Assembly (NCBI RefSeq): GCF_001194135.2
Contig: NC_068983.1
Coordinates: 161,938,240-161,978,032, forward strand
From: Octopus bimaculoides
Taxonomy: Eukaryota
Length of the DNA stretch: 39,793 nt
Reading direction: 5' to 3'
Part shown: piece by piece, positions 11,801 through 22,120 of the stretch
Layout: each line of letters opens with the position of its first letter
How positions within the stretch are numbered: position 1 is the stretch's first letter
Notes under the pieces: model-generated
The model's input: only the letters and a program-made list of their open reading frames with translations
The model's database searches: none
Told to the model about the DNA's origin: nothing
Program-made: the position numbers and the translations under genes

Positions 11801-14800
11801 CTGGGGTCGATGTAATCGACTTAATCCCTTCCCCCAAATTTGAGGCCTTGTGCTTCCAGTAGAAAGGATTATTATTATTATTATTAAAAGGTGGCGAGCT
11901 GGCAGAATCGTTAGCCCACCAAGTGAAATGCTTCGTGGTATTTTGTCTGCTGTTATGTTCTGAGATCAAATTCTGCCGAGGTTGACTTTGCTTTTCATCC
12001 TTTCAGGCTTGATTAAATGAGTACCAGTTACGCACTGGGGTCGATGTAGCCAACTGCCTCCCTCCCCCAAAGTTTCATGCTGTGTAGAAAGGAATATTTA
12101 ACTATAACTCTTTAACTGCTGAATTCTAATTTTGGTTCCAAAATCTGAAACCAATATTAGAACAAAGAGAGAATATTTTTGAATTTCTATCATAAGTTGA
12201 TTATTAAATGTTGTTTTAGCTGTGTAAATAGATTAGTAAATATTTCAAGAAAAGCAGCTGAGAATATTATTACAAGCAGCTTGATGTTGTTGCTTCTGTC
12301 TCTAATAATAATAAATTTATATCTTCAGAGTTGGCCAGGCTGTTATACAAAAGTTAAAGAAAGTATTAGTAAGAATCTCCCAGCAGCCATTGGCATTGCC
12401 ATCGCTATTATTCTGGTGCAGGTATGTTCTCACTTTTGAATTTCTTAATTACCAAGCTCTTTTTTTCACAGACAGTGCCCAACTAACCCTACTATGCTGT
12501 GTAGTTGACAAAATCAAAAACAATGTGTGAATTGAAAATATAAAATGGTAACAATTTACCCATTGCACCCTATTCGTATATAAGTATTTTAGAGTTGGGT
12601 GTTTTGAGGGAGAGAGAGAGATGGCAATTTTGAGAAGGATTGAGAGAGCAATGGTGAGAGAAATGTGTGGGGTGAGGCTGTTTGATGAGAGGAGGACTGA
12701 GGACTTGATGGGGATGCTGGGGATGGAGGATTCTGTGGAACGGCTGGCAAAGGTAAATGGAGTGCAGTGGTACAGGCAAGTGTTGAGGAGGGATGAGGAG
12801 CTTGTTCTGAGGAGGGTGCTTGAGTTGGAGGTAACTGAAGCGAGATAGACCGAGGAACATATGGAGGTGACAGGTGGAGGAGGAAATTGGGAGGGTTGGC
12901 TTGAGGAGGGAGGATGCCCAAAAAGGGCGAGATGGTGTGAGGGCGGTTGCTATGGCATTGAAGTAGATCCGACCACCTCCGTTAACAGAGACAAAACCCT
13001 GATTTAAAACACTGGATGATGATAATGATGATACACCTGTGAGAGACTAATGCAAGATGTGTTGAAACAATTGTTAATAAAGGATCTCGTGAATTGTATT
13101 TTCTTTTTCTCTCATTTGTTACACACACACACACATTGGCAAGCATTGCAGTAAAGTATTCAAGAAGACCCTTCTACCACAGCAGAATTGTTAAGGCTGC
13201 TCCCCCAGGTGAAAAGGATTGATCTTCATGAGTCCTGTGTTGGTGCCAAGTGAAAACACTTGCATGGCACAACATTAAAGGCACCCAGTACACACTGTAA
13301 AGTGGTTGGCATTAGGAAGGGCATCCAGCTGTAGAAACCAAGCCACATCAGACTGGAACCTGGTGTTGTTCTAGTCAAACTGTCCAACTCCTGCCAGTAT
13401 GGAAAACGGATGTTAAATGATGATGATGCTGTGTGGTTAAGAAGTTTGCTTCCCAGCCGTGTGGTTTTCAGTTTAGTCTCTTTTCATTGCACCTTGAGCA
13501 AGTGTCTTCATCTATAACCCCAGTGAACAAATGCTGTTTGAGTGAATTTGGTTGACAGAATTTGGTTGACAGAATTCCAGTGAGTGGAGAGTACCTGGGC
13601 AGAGATACACTGTTTCCATCCAGACTTTAGCTAGAAAACACACAGAAGAGACATTTATATCCATGTGGCTAGAGATAATAAATCTGCATTTGTCAGTGAA
13701 ATGCCTTCTTTCCCTCATTTTACGCCTTGATCCAGTCTGATGTGGACTAGTGGTCCATTGAGGAATCCTGGTGAGTTCAATAGAGAATCAAAAATGGGAA
13801 GCTGAAGTTCTTTTTAGGGTTCAGAAGAGGAAGTCCAGCCATTGCTATGGTGACCACATATTCTATTATTATATGTTATATATTAACTTTACAAGGTTTA
13901 TATGCTGCTGTTCAAGGTTTTAGTCTTTTTTTTTTTTTTTTTTTCTGTGTCCAATATTTTGGTAGAAAAATTTGTATTCTTTTACTCTTTTACTTGTTTC
14001 AGTCTTTTGACTGTGGCCATGCTGGAGCACCACCTTTAGTCGAGCAAATCGACCCCAGGACTTATTCTTTGTAAGCCTAGTACTTATTCTATCGGTCTCT
14101 TTTTGCTGAACTGCTAAGTTATGGGGACATAAACACACCAGCATTGGTTGTCAAGCGATGTTGGGGGGACAAACACAAACACATACATATATACGACGGG
14201 CTTCTTTCAGTTTCCGTCTACCAAATCCACTCACAAGGCTTTGGTCGGCCCGAGGCTATAGTAGAAGACACTCGCCCAAGATGGCACGCATTGGGACTGA
14301 ACCCGGGACCATGTGGTTGGTAAGCAAGTTACTTACCACACAGCCACTCCTACGCCTATGTATTATCAATAAAGTTTATCTAATTGCAACGAGACCAAAT
14401 TTAATTTTTATTGTGTTGAGTAACTTTTGTTTTATTTGTCAAGTTAGACCAAAAGCAGTTGAGCATTCAAAGTGGAGGCCATTGTGTTACATCATCTGAA
14501 GCTGCCTTCCTGCCAGTTCTTAGAGGTGAAGAACTCCTTCACTGAAGCTTCTTTCCTGTGTTTGTGATGCTTCATGGAGCTGGAAGAGGTGGAGGCTTCA
14601 GTGAATGGAATACTTGGCCTCGAGGGACAAGAACTGATATCGGCATGGAACCAAAGAACTGGCAGAAAGGTGGCTTCAGATGGTGCAACATGATGGTTTC
14701 TACTTTGAATGGTAGACTGCTTTTGTTGTAACTTGACAAATAAAGTAAAGGAGTGGCTGTGTGGTAAGTAGCTTGCTTACCAACCACATGGTTCTGGGTT

Positions 14801-14905
14801 CAGTCCCACTGCGTGACACCTTGGGCAAGTGTCTTCTACTATAGCCTCAGGCCGACCAAAGCCTTGTGAGTGGATTTGGTAGATGGAAACTGAAAGAAGC
14901 CCATC

Positions 14906-14943
<38 letters not shown>

Positions 14944-16549
14944 ATGTATATGTTTGTGTGTCTGTGTTTGTCCACCCCAACATCACTTGACAACCGATGC
15001 TGGTGTGTTTACGTCCCCGTAACTTAGCGGTTTCGCAAGAGAGACCGATAGAATAAGTACTAGGCTTCCAAAGAATAAGTCCTGGGGTTGATTTGCTTGA
15101 CTAAAGGCGGTGCTCCAGTATGGCCGCAGTCAAATGTCTGAAACAAGTAAAAGAGTAAGTTAAGAAAATATTGCAAAAATTTTGACTTGATGCAACATAA
15201 CGTTGATCAAATTAGATCCGTCTTGCTGACTTTTGCTAGAGACTGTGATAAATGTACACCAAGATGATGTAACACAGACACTAACCATTGATTTCATTTA
15301 TAATTTGTTGGTATTTCGTATTGAGTTGGTGCACAATTATTGTGGCTTTTTTTTTCAAACAAAAACAATAATGACGTAACAAAAACATCTTTAGATGATT
15401 ATTCTGGAGCATATTCACTATCTACTTCAATTACTGCTTTCTATTTACTTGGCAAACGGTCAGACCGTCATTTAAAGATCATCATCATCATCGTTTAACG
15501 TCCACTTTCCATGCTAGCATGGGTTGGACGATTTGACTGAGGACTGGTGAAACCGGATGGCAACACCAGGCTCCAGTCTGATTTGGCAGAGTTTCTACAG
15601 CTGGATGCCCTTCCTAACGCCAACCACTCAGAGAGTGTAGTGGGTGCTTTTACGTGTCACCCGCACGAAGGCCAGTCAGGCGAAGATGTTTTTGTTAAAT
15701 ATTTTTATTGTTTTTGTTGAATTTGTTGAAAAGAACTGCAATAGTAAGAATGATATGGTTTGGTAGCTTTGTTCAGACTTTACTGATGTTTCGGCTGGGC
15801 ACCACTTTAGTACAAGCTCTGAAAATGTTATCTTCTGGCATCTTTGGATGCTATAAGCTCTATGCATTTACTTTGATACCTATAGGAGAGTATTGTAGTT
15901 TGCTTGAAGCATTGTGTATTGTTTGTAAAATATAATGTGTTTTGAATGTCACAAAAATGCACTATAATAACAACAATGGACTATAATAACTGTTATAATT
16001 TAACCATCCATAGTCTAATATAATATTTCAGAATATGAAAATTCTTTCTTTAGATACCCCTAGGAATTGATCGAGTCACTGCTATAATCGATTTTCCAAC
16101 GGTTTTCTGTTTCTTCCCCACCACCCCCCAGAAGCATTTCTGCACTAGTCTCAGAAAGCTTCTTCCAGAATTCCTCATGAGAAGTGCATGAAGGCAGCCA
16201 TGTCTCAAGCTCATGTGTGCGGGCACATCCATAGCGCTGCTTCTAAGTTATGTATTATACGTGCAGTTTCCTTCCCCACTCTTTTTTTTTTTTTTTTAAT
16301 AAATAATACATGAGCATGTATCACTGCCTATGTATTGATAGCATCTATTATTAACCTCGATAACTATATATATTCAACTCTGTGAATTTAATCCTGAGAC
16401 TTGTGTTTTCACCTGTTATTTTTACGTTGATGCTTGTCTAACGAGATGCTTGTATGTTCACCTGTTTATTTTCGTTTCTATTTCAGTTGTTTCTCATTGT
16501 CTTCGCCTGCTGCCTTTGCACTTCCAAAAGAGGAGAAACGCTTTCATAG
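2823..16549 (+). CDS. Tetraspanin 1 (complete, 7 coding exons, 227 aa)
   Basis: join(2823-2888,2979-3206,6504-6578,8359-8451,10535-10600,12329-12421,16487-16549). All introns are GT-AG and phase 0. The joined ORF is open: MAVGCSENCMKYILFFFNLIIF|ILGIAG...FFGCFGAWKESSCLLGT|YSTIMAVILTLQVAVFIMIIVARPK|FEET...LFNE|NECCGIEKPSDVDKYNFVCKNK|SWPGCY...IILVQ|LFLIVFACCLCTSKRGETLS*. It has four hydrophobic segments, KY..F.FN in TM1, GCxGA.KES.C.L after TM2, CCG and GC in EC2, Gln in TM3 and TM4, and juxtamembrane cysteines. Confidence 0.95.
2979..3206 (+). CDS. Tetraspanin 1 coding exon 2 (TM1 end, EC1, TM2; 228 nt)
   Basis: Acceptor ttttttcag ends at 2978, donor GTGAGT at 3207; core of ORF 2961-3230. Confidence 0.95.
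5000..5200 (-). mobile_element. SINE family B tandem-repeat region, degenerate reverse copy
   Basis: Repeated GCCTTTTACGTGACACTGGCAC-like units, reverse of those at 6683-7050. Confidence 0.5.
6504..6578 (+). CDS. Tetraspanin 1 coding exon 3 (TM3; 75 nt)
   Basis: ttttccag|TACAGT...CCAAAG|gtaatt; encodes YSTIMAVILTLQVAVFIMIIVARPK. Confidence 0.92.
6683..7210 (+). mobile_element. SINE family B copy with internal tandem ~60-70 bp units
   Basis: Repeated GACTGGCTCCTGTGC..GTGGCA..TAAAAAGCACCATTTGAGC units, then the family B body and a GATGATGATGAT tail. Confidence 0.8.
7463..7853 (-). mobile_element. tRNA-derived SINE family A
   Basis: The reverse strand starts with a tRNA-like head (TGGCTATGTGG A-box-like, GGTTCAGTCC B-box-like), has a central (CA/TA)n, and ends in a GAAACAAGTAAAAG tail. 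Confidence 0.85.
8020..8220 (-). mobile_element. SINE family B, degenerate reverse copy
   Basis: GTATGGGTTGA...GGATGCTCTTCCTAACAC...GTGTACTGGGTGCTTTTAC. Confidence 0.55.
8359..8451 (+). CDS. Tetraspanin 1 coding exon 4 (EC2 helices; 93 nt)
   Basis: cattctag|TTTGAG...AATGAG|gtgagt; encodes FEETIKESLQKLFDKSKSKEQKEIVERLFNE. Confidence 0.9.
8715..9192 (+). mobile_element. Two tandem copies of tRNA-derived SINE family C
   Basis: Core GAGGTCGACTTT.CCTTTCATCCTTTT.GGG.TGATAAA.TAAGTACCAGTT occurs twice. Further copies are at 6110-6418. Confidence 0.7.
9208..10080 (-). mobile_element. Internally deleted Tc1/mariner-superfamily DNA transposon (maT/DD37D-like)
   Basis: TA|CAGGGTG...CACCTTG|TA with imperfect ~28-bp TIRs. 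The minus strand encodes VFGVITSDG...YVWQQDSAPC and, after a frameshift, IWPPKSSDYNPIDY...CRRFRSCLEGVVEANGDFIE* (stop at 9331-9333). Confidence 0.88.
10535..10600 (+). CDS. Tetraspanin 1 coding exon 5 (CCG exon; 66 nt)
   Basis: Long pyrimidine tract, ccag|AACGAGTGTTGTGGT...AATAAG|gtaaga. Confidence 0.93.
10865..11120 (+). mobile_element. SINE family B copy
   Basis: GTGGTTGGTGTTAGGAAGGGCATCCAGCTGTA...CCCATGCTAGCATGGAAGGCAGACGTTAAAC. Confidence 0.75.
11445..12095 (+). mobile_element. Cluster of three tandem SINE family C copies
   Basis: Three heads GAGCTGGCAGAAT.GTTA (about 11450, 11660, 11895), each followed by TTCTGAGTTCAAATTC and the CTTTCATCCTTT core. Confidence 0.8.
12329..12421 (+). CDS. 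Tetraspanin 1 coding exon 6 (GC motif, TM4 start; 93 nt)
   Basis: cttcag|AGTTGG...GTGCAG|gtatgt; encodes SWPGCYTKVKESISKNLPAAIGIAIAIILVQ. Confidence 0.93.
12463..12572. mobile_element. Solo end fragment of the mariner family at 9208-10080
   Basis: ACAGACAGTGCCCAACT.ACCCTACTAT.CTGTGTAGTTGACAAAAT...ACAATTTACCCA matches 9965-10080. Confidence 0.75.
12589..13030 (+). mobile_element. RTE-clade LINE 3' fragment with (GAT)n tail
   Basis: EMAILRRIERAMVREMCGVRL...VQWYRQVLRRDEE.VLRRVL; ends in GGATGATGATAATGATGAT. Confidence 0.82.
13240..13428 (+). mobile_element. SINE family B copy
   Basis: GTGGTTGGCATTAGGAAGGGCATCCAGCTGTAGAAAC...GATGATGATG; immediately followed by a degenerate family A head (13426-13570). 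Confidence 0.7.
13978..14351 (-). mobile_element. tRNA-derived SINE family A (full length)
   Basis: Reverse complement of the 14749-15158 copy along its whole length. Confidence 0.88.
14749..15158 (+). mobile_element. tRNA-derived SINE family A (full length)
   Basis: AGGAGTGGCTGTGTGGTAAG...GGGTTCAGTCCCA head, (TA)n core, GAAACAAGTAAAAGAGTAA tail. Confidence 0.88.
15478..15683 (-). mobile_element. SINE family B copy (young)
   Basis: Its reverse complement is nearly identical to 43-245 (roughly 95% by eye). Confidence 0.85.
16487..16549 (+). CDS. Tetraspanin 1 terminal coding exon (LFLIVFACCLCTSKRGETLS*)
   Basis: tttcag|TTGTTT...TCA TAG; completes TM4 and gives a typical Cys-rich short tail. 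Confidence 0.9.
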   Translation: MFLIVFACCLCTSKRGETLS

Positions 16550-16828
16550 ATATCTTCTCATAATGACTGAACATTTGAAAGCTAATTATTTTTCCTTCAT
16601 ATAAACACTTGTATTCTAATTACTCGCATTTTTGTTTTATCATATTTGATGCATATTTTTGTCAAACCTATGAATTTCTTAATATCTGTTTCTGTACTTC
16701 AAAAAGACTAATTTCACTTAATTAAAAAAAAAAAATCTATAAATGTAATTAGGACCATGTGCAGTTTGAGTTTAATGTCATCAGTCTTTCAATATGTTAC
16801 ACATTATTCTTTTCACTCTTGATACTTT

Positions 16829-16834
16829 AATAAA
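16829..16834 (+). promoter_or_regulatory. Candidate polyadenylation signal of tetraspanin 1
   Basis: AATAAA about 280 nt after the stop codon, followed by T-rich sequence. Hexamers like this are common in AT-rich DNA. Confidence 0.3.
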
Positions 16835-18182
16835 CTTGCTCAAGCTATTGTTGCTTTATTTATCTCTCTTTTATTGTTTACTTAAGCACAGTTTGTTGTA
16901 AACCCAAGGATTTAGTGTTTTGTCTTCATCACATTCCTGCTTTGGGTCTTTTGCTAAAATTCATTTCAAAGGCTGCTGGGAATACAACTTATCGTAAAAG
17001 GCCCATTTGACCTAAAAAAATTTTTAAAAAAAGCTTTAAAAACTGGTTTACATCAATATTTTACTTTTTACTCTTGCTATTAAAATTGTTGACTTGGTTA
17101 CTTTTGTTTCTTTTTTCCGATTTTGAAAATATGCCCTGATCACATGACTATTAGATTTCTGATATTTGAAGTAGAGACATCTAAAATAATAACTAAAATA
17201 TCCTTCTGTTTCTTTGAATTTTTTTATAGTATAAAAGTTTTACCAAATTTAGACAAAGATAAATTTTATTTTCTCACCTATGTTATTTAGAATTTACATT
17301 CCACAGAATCTGTGGTGTTAGTAGAACACCTAATGGCCATTGAAATACAGTTCTATATTTAAGAGATGAGGAATTATTTACATTTGACGGATATTTGTCC
17401 TCATCTTGTTTGTTGTTAACACAACATTTTGGCTGATATACCCTCCAGCCGAGGGTATATCAGCTGAAAGTGTTAATATCTGTTGAATGTAAATAATGTC
17501 AATAAAGGCCATTGAAATGCTTAACAGAATCTGTAGCTAGAACAATATTTTTTCATAGTTGAAAGGTAATTGGAACATCATTTATAAAAGGGATCTTTAA
17601 GATTTTATTAAATTATCGGATTGTCACCACCACCCTCAAAAAAACCAGGTAAAGGAAGTATTTTAAACAGGTTAGAATTTGTCAATTCAACTTTTAAGAC
17701 TTTTCAGCATTTGACATCTTTTAGAAGCAGAAAATATATACATTTTTGCAGATATGCTTTAAAGTAATGTTATGCCAGCTATACAAGATCAACCCTGGGA
17801 TGTTTGCCTGATAACAAGCTATGAAGAATCTTGTGTAGAACCGAAGTTGTTAACTTGTAGATAGTGTTGGTCTCTGTTATTGAAAGCATACTTGTCAATC
17901 AATGGCTCTCAGTGGTCCTTTCTGAAACCAAACTAGTCAACCAAGGTTTGAAACCCTTAGCCTCTAGATTAGTTTGTCAAATGTAATGATTAATTATTCA
18001 CATTTGTTTTGAATTAAAAAATAACTGGTCTGAAATAGATATTAAAAGGTACAGTCCCTGGCACTCATTTTATTGTTATTGTTTATTACTGTTGATATTT
18101 TGTGTTATAAGCAATACTAGAAACACAAACCTATAATTTTAATTAAGATACAGGGCAACACCGCTAAGCAGAGAGGTGTATA

Positions 18183-18586
18183 AATATAAACTTGTTACCA
18201 GTTCAGATCTGTTTGAAGCATAAACCTGTAAAAAAAAAGCCATTCACTGTGTTTTTGCCATGGAGAAAATTTCTCTCTACACACAAATAGGTGTGAGTAC
18301 AGTGAGTCAGTTTGCAGCATCACCTGACCAGACTTTGGGATGCATGCATTTCGGAGTGGTTATCTTCTCTACAGCGACAGAGACCAGAAATGCAGTTGCT
18401 GGGAACTGACAAGAGGAAATAACCACTCCAAAATGTATGCATCCAACAATCTGATAAAAGTGATGCTGTGAGCTGACTTGGTTTATTTACACCGTTTTGT
18501 CTACAGCGAAAAATTTTCACCATGGCAAAATACAGCAAATAGATTTATGGTTTCAAATAGATTTGAACTAGGAACAAGCTTGTACT
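18183..18586. mobile_element. Old fold-back / MITE-like element (~400 bp)
   Basis: The left arm (CTTGTTACCAGTTCAGATCTGTTTGAAGCATAAACC...TTTTGCCATGGAGAAAATTT...GGATGCATGCATTTCGGAGTGGTTAT) is the imperfect reverse complement of the right arm (ATAACCACTCCAAAATGTATGCATCC...AAATTTTCACCATGGCAAAA...GGTTTCAAATAGATTTGAACTAGGAACAAG); spacer about 45 bp. Confidence 0.8.
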
Positions 18587-19714
18587 AATTTTAATAATTG
18601 GTTTTTAAAATTTTGACAGAATATCTGAATGTTACTCCGGACAGTTTTTGTGTTTTTTATGGCACAATTTTTATTATTCTAAGTAAACCCATTGGGCAAT
18701 TTTTCAGGATTCTTGGTGTTTCTTTAAAGGTTTGGAGATAGTAGCTTCTTATCTAAGTCTTTAAGCTTTTAATCATTATTAAAATTGGTCTCTAAGACTT
18801 CTTGGGTTCTTTGAATTATTTTTAATGATTTCATGACAAATTTATGTATAAGCTTAACATTCTTTTTCTTCTTAAATAACTGCAAGTTTAATTTGACAAT
18901 ATTTGATAGCTTACATATATTAATATACTGCCTTCAATCTCTTAGCATTCTAGACTTTCTTAAATATCTATAATAATGATTGTATTTGCAAATCCAATAA
19001 ATTATTTTTGTATCCTAACTTTTGTCTCTTGTCATTCACACATTTTTAATAAATCCTGCACCAATTTCGAATAAATTACACTGAAGAACAAGTTTAGTCA
19101 GGTGCAGTGAATTACTTAATTTTTCACATTAATCTATCTTTGGAAACGTCGCTACATTCTTGCATTCTGCTGTTCAATGGATCGTGTTTTGGCACTGTTC
19201 TTCAAATTTGGATATTTAGTTTTTGTATTTGGTTTGCAAGATTACTGATGCAAAATCTTGTGTTGGAACAGATTTTGTTGTATCTTGGGAGGGTCATTAA
19301 GCCAATACTAGTAACACACACAGGTTATATTTCACTTCTATTATTAATTGATTAGTTAATCATTTAGCTAATTAACTGTCTGATTAATTGCTCAGTCAAC
19401 CAATTAATCAGCTAGGTCTGTTAAAGTCCTGTCATTGCTATTCACAACCTCGTTAATGTCCCTCTACCCAGAGTTTAGAAATTTTGACCAAATAAAACAA
19501 AAAGGAAAATGGCTGTGTGGTTCAAATGCTTGCTTTGCAACTATATGGCTTTAGGTTCAGTCCCACTGTGTCACTTTGGCCAAGTGTCTTGTATTAAAGC
19601 CCTGGGCTGATCCAATGCCTTGTGGGTGAGTTTTTTTTTGTTATTAGAAACTGAGCACCACACAACAGTGGCTGGAGAAAAAAATTGTTTAAGAACTGAT
19701 TTACTATCTATGAA

Positions 19715-19960
19715 AGCCTGGGGCACTGAAGCTGAGGACCGGCCCAGCTGGCATCTTTTCAGCTCCACTGTGACACATCATTTTGAAGCTGAATGACAGA
19801 GAAATGACAAGAAAGAAAATGGAGGCTGCAACAACGAAAGCCTCCATTACGGATCTCTTGTGAACTTTGCAACAGATGTTTCCATGCAAGAATCAGCCTC
19901 GTTAATCATCAGAGGCATAAACACGGACAGGGGAGAAGAAGGAGTCAAGAAGAAATCAAA
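19715..19960 (+). mobile_element. RTE-type LINE C-terminal fragment with C2H2 finger
   Basis: AEDRPSW...HFEAE followed by CELCNRCFHARISLVNHQRHKH, matching the C-terminal C-x2-C...H-x3-H finger of some RTE ORFs. Confidence 0.65.
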
Positions 19961-20621
19961 ATTATCGGACAGACGATTAAACGCCACCGCCAACAACTGT
20001 TCATGAAATAGTATTTTAAGAAATAGTTCTAATGTGAAGTGTGACCAGGACATGCAAAACAAGGGGTTAACTTAGATTTCACGATTTTGTATTTAGTGAA
20101 ATTACTGTTTCTTTAAGCATATTCAATAAATGATCAAATATGAATAAGCTATGAGAAATGTGTCACAGAGAAGCAGCAAGGAGACGGAGACTCAATGAAA
20201 CAGAAAGAGAAAACCAAAAGACAAGTGACTGCAGCTCCATGGAGATGAAGATGAGAATAGTTTACATAAGAGCAAAGAGAATGCATTTTGGTTCCAAATA
20301 CTTCAAAACATGGATTAGCATGAGTACAACTTTCTGAAGAGCAGCAAGAATGGAAGTTGATACAAAATGTAGAACAACACAGCATCACAACTAATTTTTC
20401 ACGAACAAAATAAATAAATTCTAAAACAAGGTGGTAAACAGCTTTGTCAGAAACACCAGTGACTTCCTCAATAACGACAGCAACCGATGATGGTTCAGAA
20501 TAGAATTGTCAAAACAATGTTGAATATTACAAGACATTATGACATAGATTCAATGCTAGAAGTATCTGTGTCAATCAGCCATAGTTACATTAACATGAGG
20601 TACCATTATTGTTGTTGTTGA

Positions 20622-20982
20622 CACTCCGTCGCTTACGACGTTGAGGGTTCCAGTTGATCCGATCAACGGAACAGCCTGCTCGTGAAGTTAACGTGCAACT
20701 GGCTGAGCACTCCACAGACACGTGTACCCTTAACGTAGTTCTCGGGGATATTCAGCGTGACACAGTGTGACAAGGCTGACCCTTTGAGATGCAGGTACAA
20801 CAGAAACAGGAAGTAAGAGTGAGAGAAAGTTGTGGTGAAGGAGTACAGCAGGGTTCGCCACCATCCCCTGCCGGAGCCTCGTGGAGCTTTAGGTGTTTTC
20901 ACTCAATAAACACTCACAACGCCCGGTCTGGTAATCAAAGCCGCGAGTCTGCTGCCCTAACCACTGGGCCATTACGCCTCCA
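20622..20982 (-). mobile_element. tRNA-derived SINE family D
   Basis: The reverse strand begins GGAGGCGTAATGGCCCAGTGGTTAGGGCAGCAGACTC (tRNA A-box) and ends in an (AAC)n/(AAT)n tail. Internal GTTGATC-N-GATCAAC palindrome. Confidence 0.75.
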
Positions 20983-21349
20983 CCCATTATTGTAATGTTC
21001 ATGGAAGAGTGAACTGGAGCAATAGTGGCCGAATTTGATTTTGGTATTTAATACAAATCTAGTTCAATCCATATTGAAAAACTTCCAGATTTATCTGATG
21101 AACTTCAGCAATCATATTTGATTCAACAGATACAAAATACTTCAGGAGAAAAACATTCAGAGCCACCAGTTTTATGTCACAGTTGCTCAAGGCCTCTCAA
21201 TTCACGGAGTTCTTTAAAACAATTTTTTAGAGCACCAGGAAATATTGTTACAAGATGCACCATCCTGTCTGAAAACGTCTATATTTCTGAAGCACAAATT
21301 TGACAAACCATTGTCTGAGAATGGCTGCAGATAAAAAAGGAAAAAAAAT

Positions 21350-21850
21350 TCCTGAGAGTTCTCTCCAGCAGTCATTGTCCCTCATCATCACTGCTATGTC
21401 CTGCGTCTCCCAGAGACCTGTGTCTGTCCTTAGGGCATCAACATGTGTCATCCTCGGTCACCATCTTCTAGTGTGTCCGTGTAGGGACTTCCACAGGGAG
21501 CACAGAGTGAAGTATCAACTCTGAATGATGGTGAGCATGTCCAGCTAACTCCAGTCTCTTCTGTTATTTTCGGGCTAACTATCTGGAGGCTCTCGTACAA
21601 CTCTGAGTTCTTCACCCTCAGTCTATATTGTTTAATGTTCAGAGCCATCCTTATCTTTATCGTGTAGCACCCATCCACCATCTGAGTGAGTTTCTTGGCC
21701 AATGTCCAAGTCTCAGACCCGTGCAACAGCACAGACTCCACTGCAGAAATGGAAGAGAAAATCTCGATGCTGTTATTTTCTTTAAGCTTCATTTTGCTAT
21801 AGTTTCAGCTAACAGCTCTTCTTTGCAAACATTCCTCTATCTCTTCAAAC
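21350..21850 (-). mobile_element. RTE-like LINE 3' fragment
   Basis: SAVESVLLHGSETWTLAKKLTQMVDGCYT...RMALNI and, downstream, VDALRTDTGL...MRDNDCWRE. Confidence 0.78.
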
Positions 21851-22120
21851 TGATGCCAGCACAATACCAGAAAGTGTTCCTGTTGGCTTGTATGCCGACA
21901 AAAGTCGAATGTCGAACACTCCAGAAGGTATAATTTACCTCCGTGCAATGAGGCTGCTGTATTGGTACCCGATGCACTCATCAGGCTGACAGAATGTCGT
22001 TAAGCCAATTTCCAAGCAGAGAACAATCGGCAAAGGTTTCAGATATTTAGCAATTCTCATGAAGCCCATGACCACATGATGTGTCCAAGTTTTTTTTCTC
22101 TGGTAGACGATATACTGGTT

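Noticed and set aside
14749-14820. tRNA gene
   Set aside because: The A/B-box-like head continues into a multi-copy SINE body; no cloverleaf. No true tRNA or rRNA gene was seen in the window.
16529-16549. PDZ-binding motif at the tetraspanin 1 C-terminus (ETLS*)
   Set aside because: The terminal residue is Ser, not hydrophobic, so it is not a canonical class I/II motif.
19857-19925. Host C2H2 zinc-finger gene exon
   Set aside because: It is a single finger with no TGEKP linker or splice sites, preceded by stops and RTE-type sequence; assigned to a LINE remnant.
21955-21990. Minus-strand CTGATGA-GTGC-loop-GTAC hammerhead half
   Set aside because: GAAA is replaced by CAAT and stems I and III are not supported. 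Similar partial motifs at 20481-20525 and 30028-30040 were also rejected.
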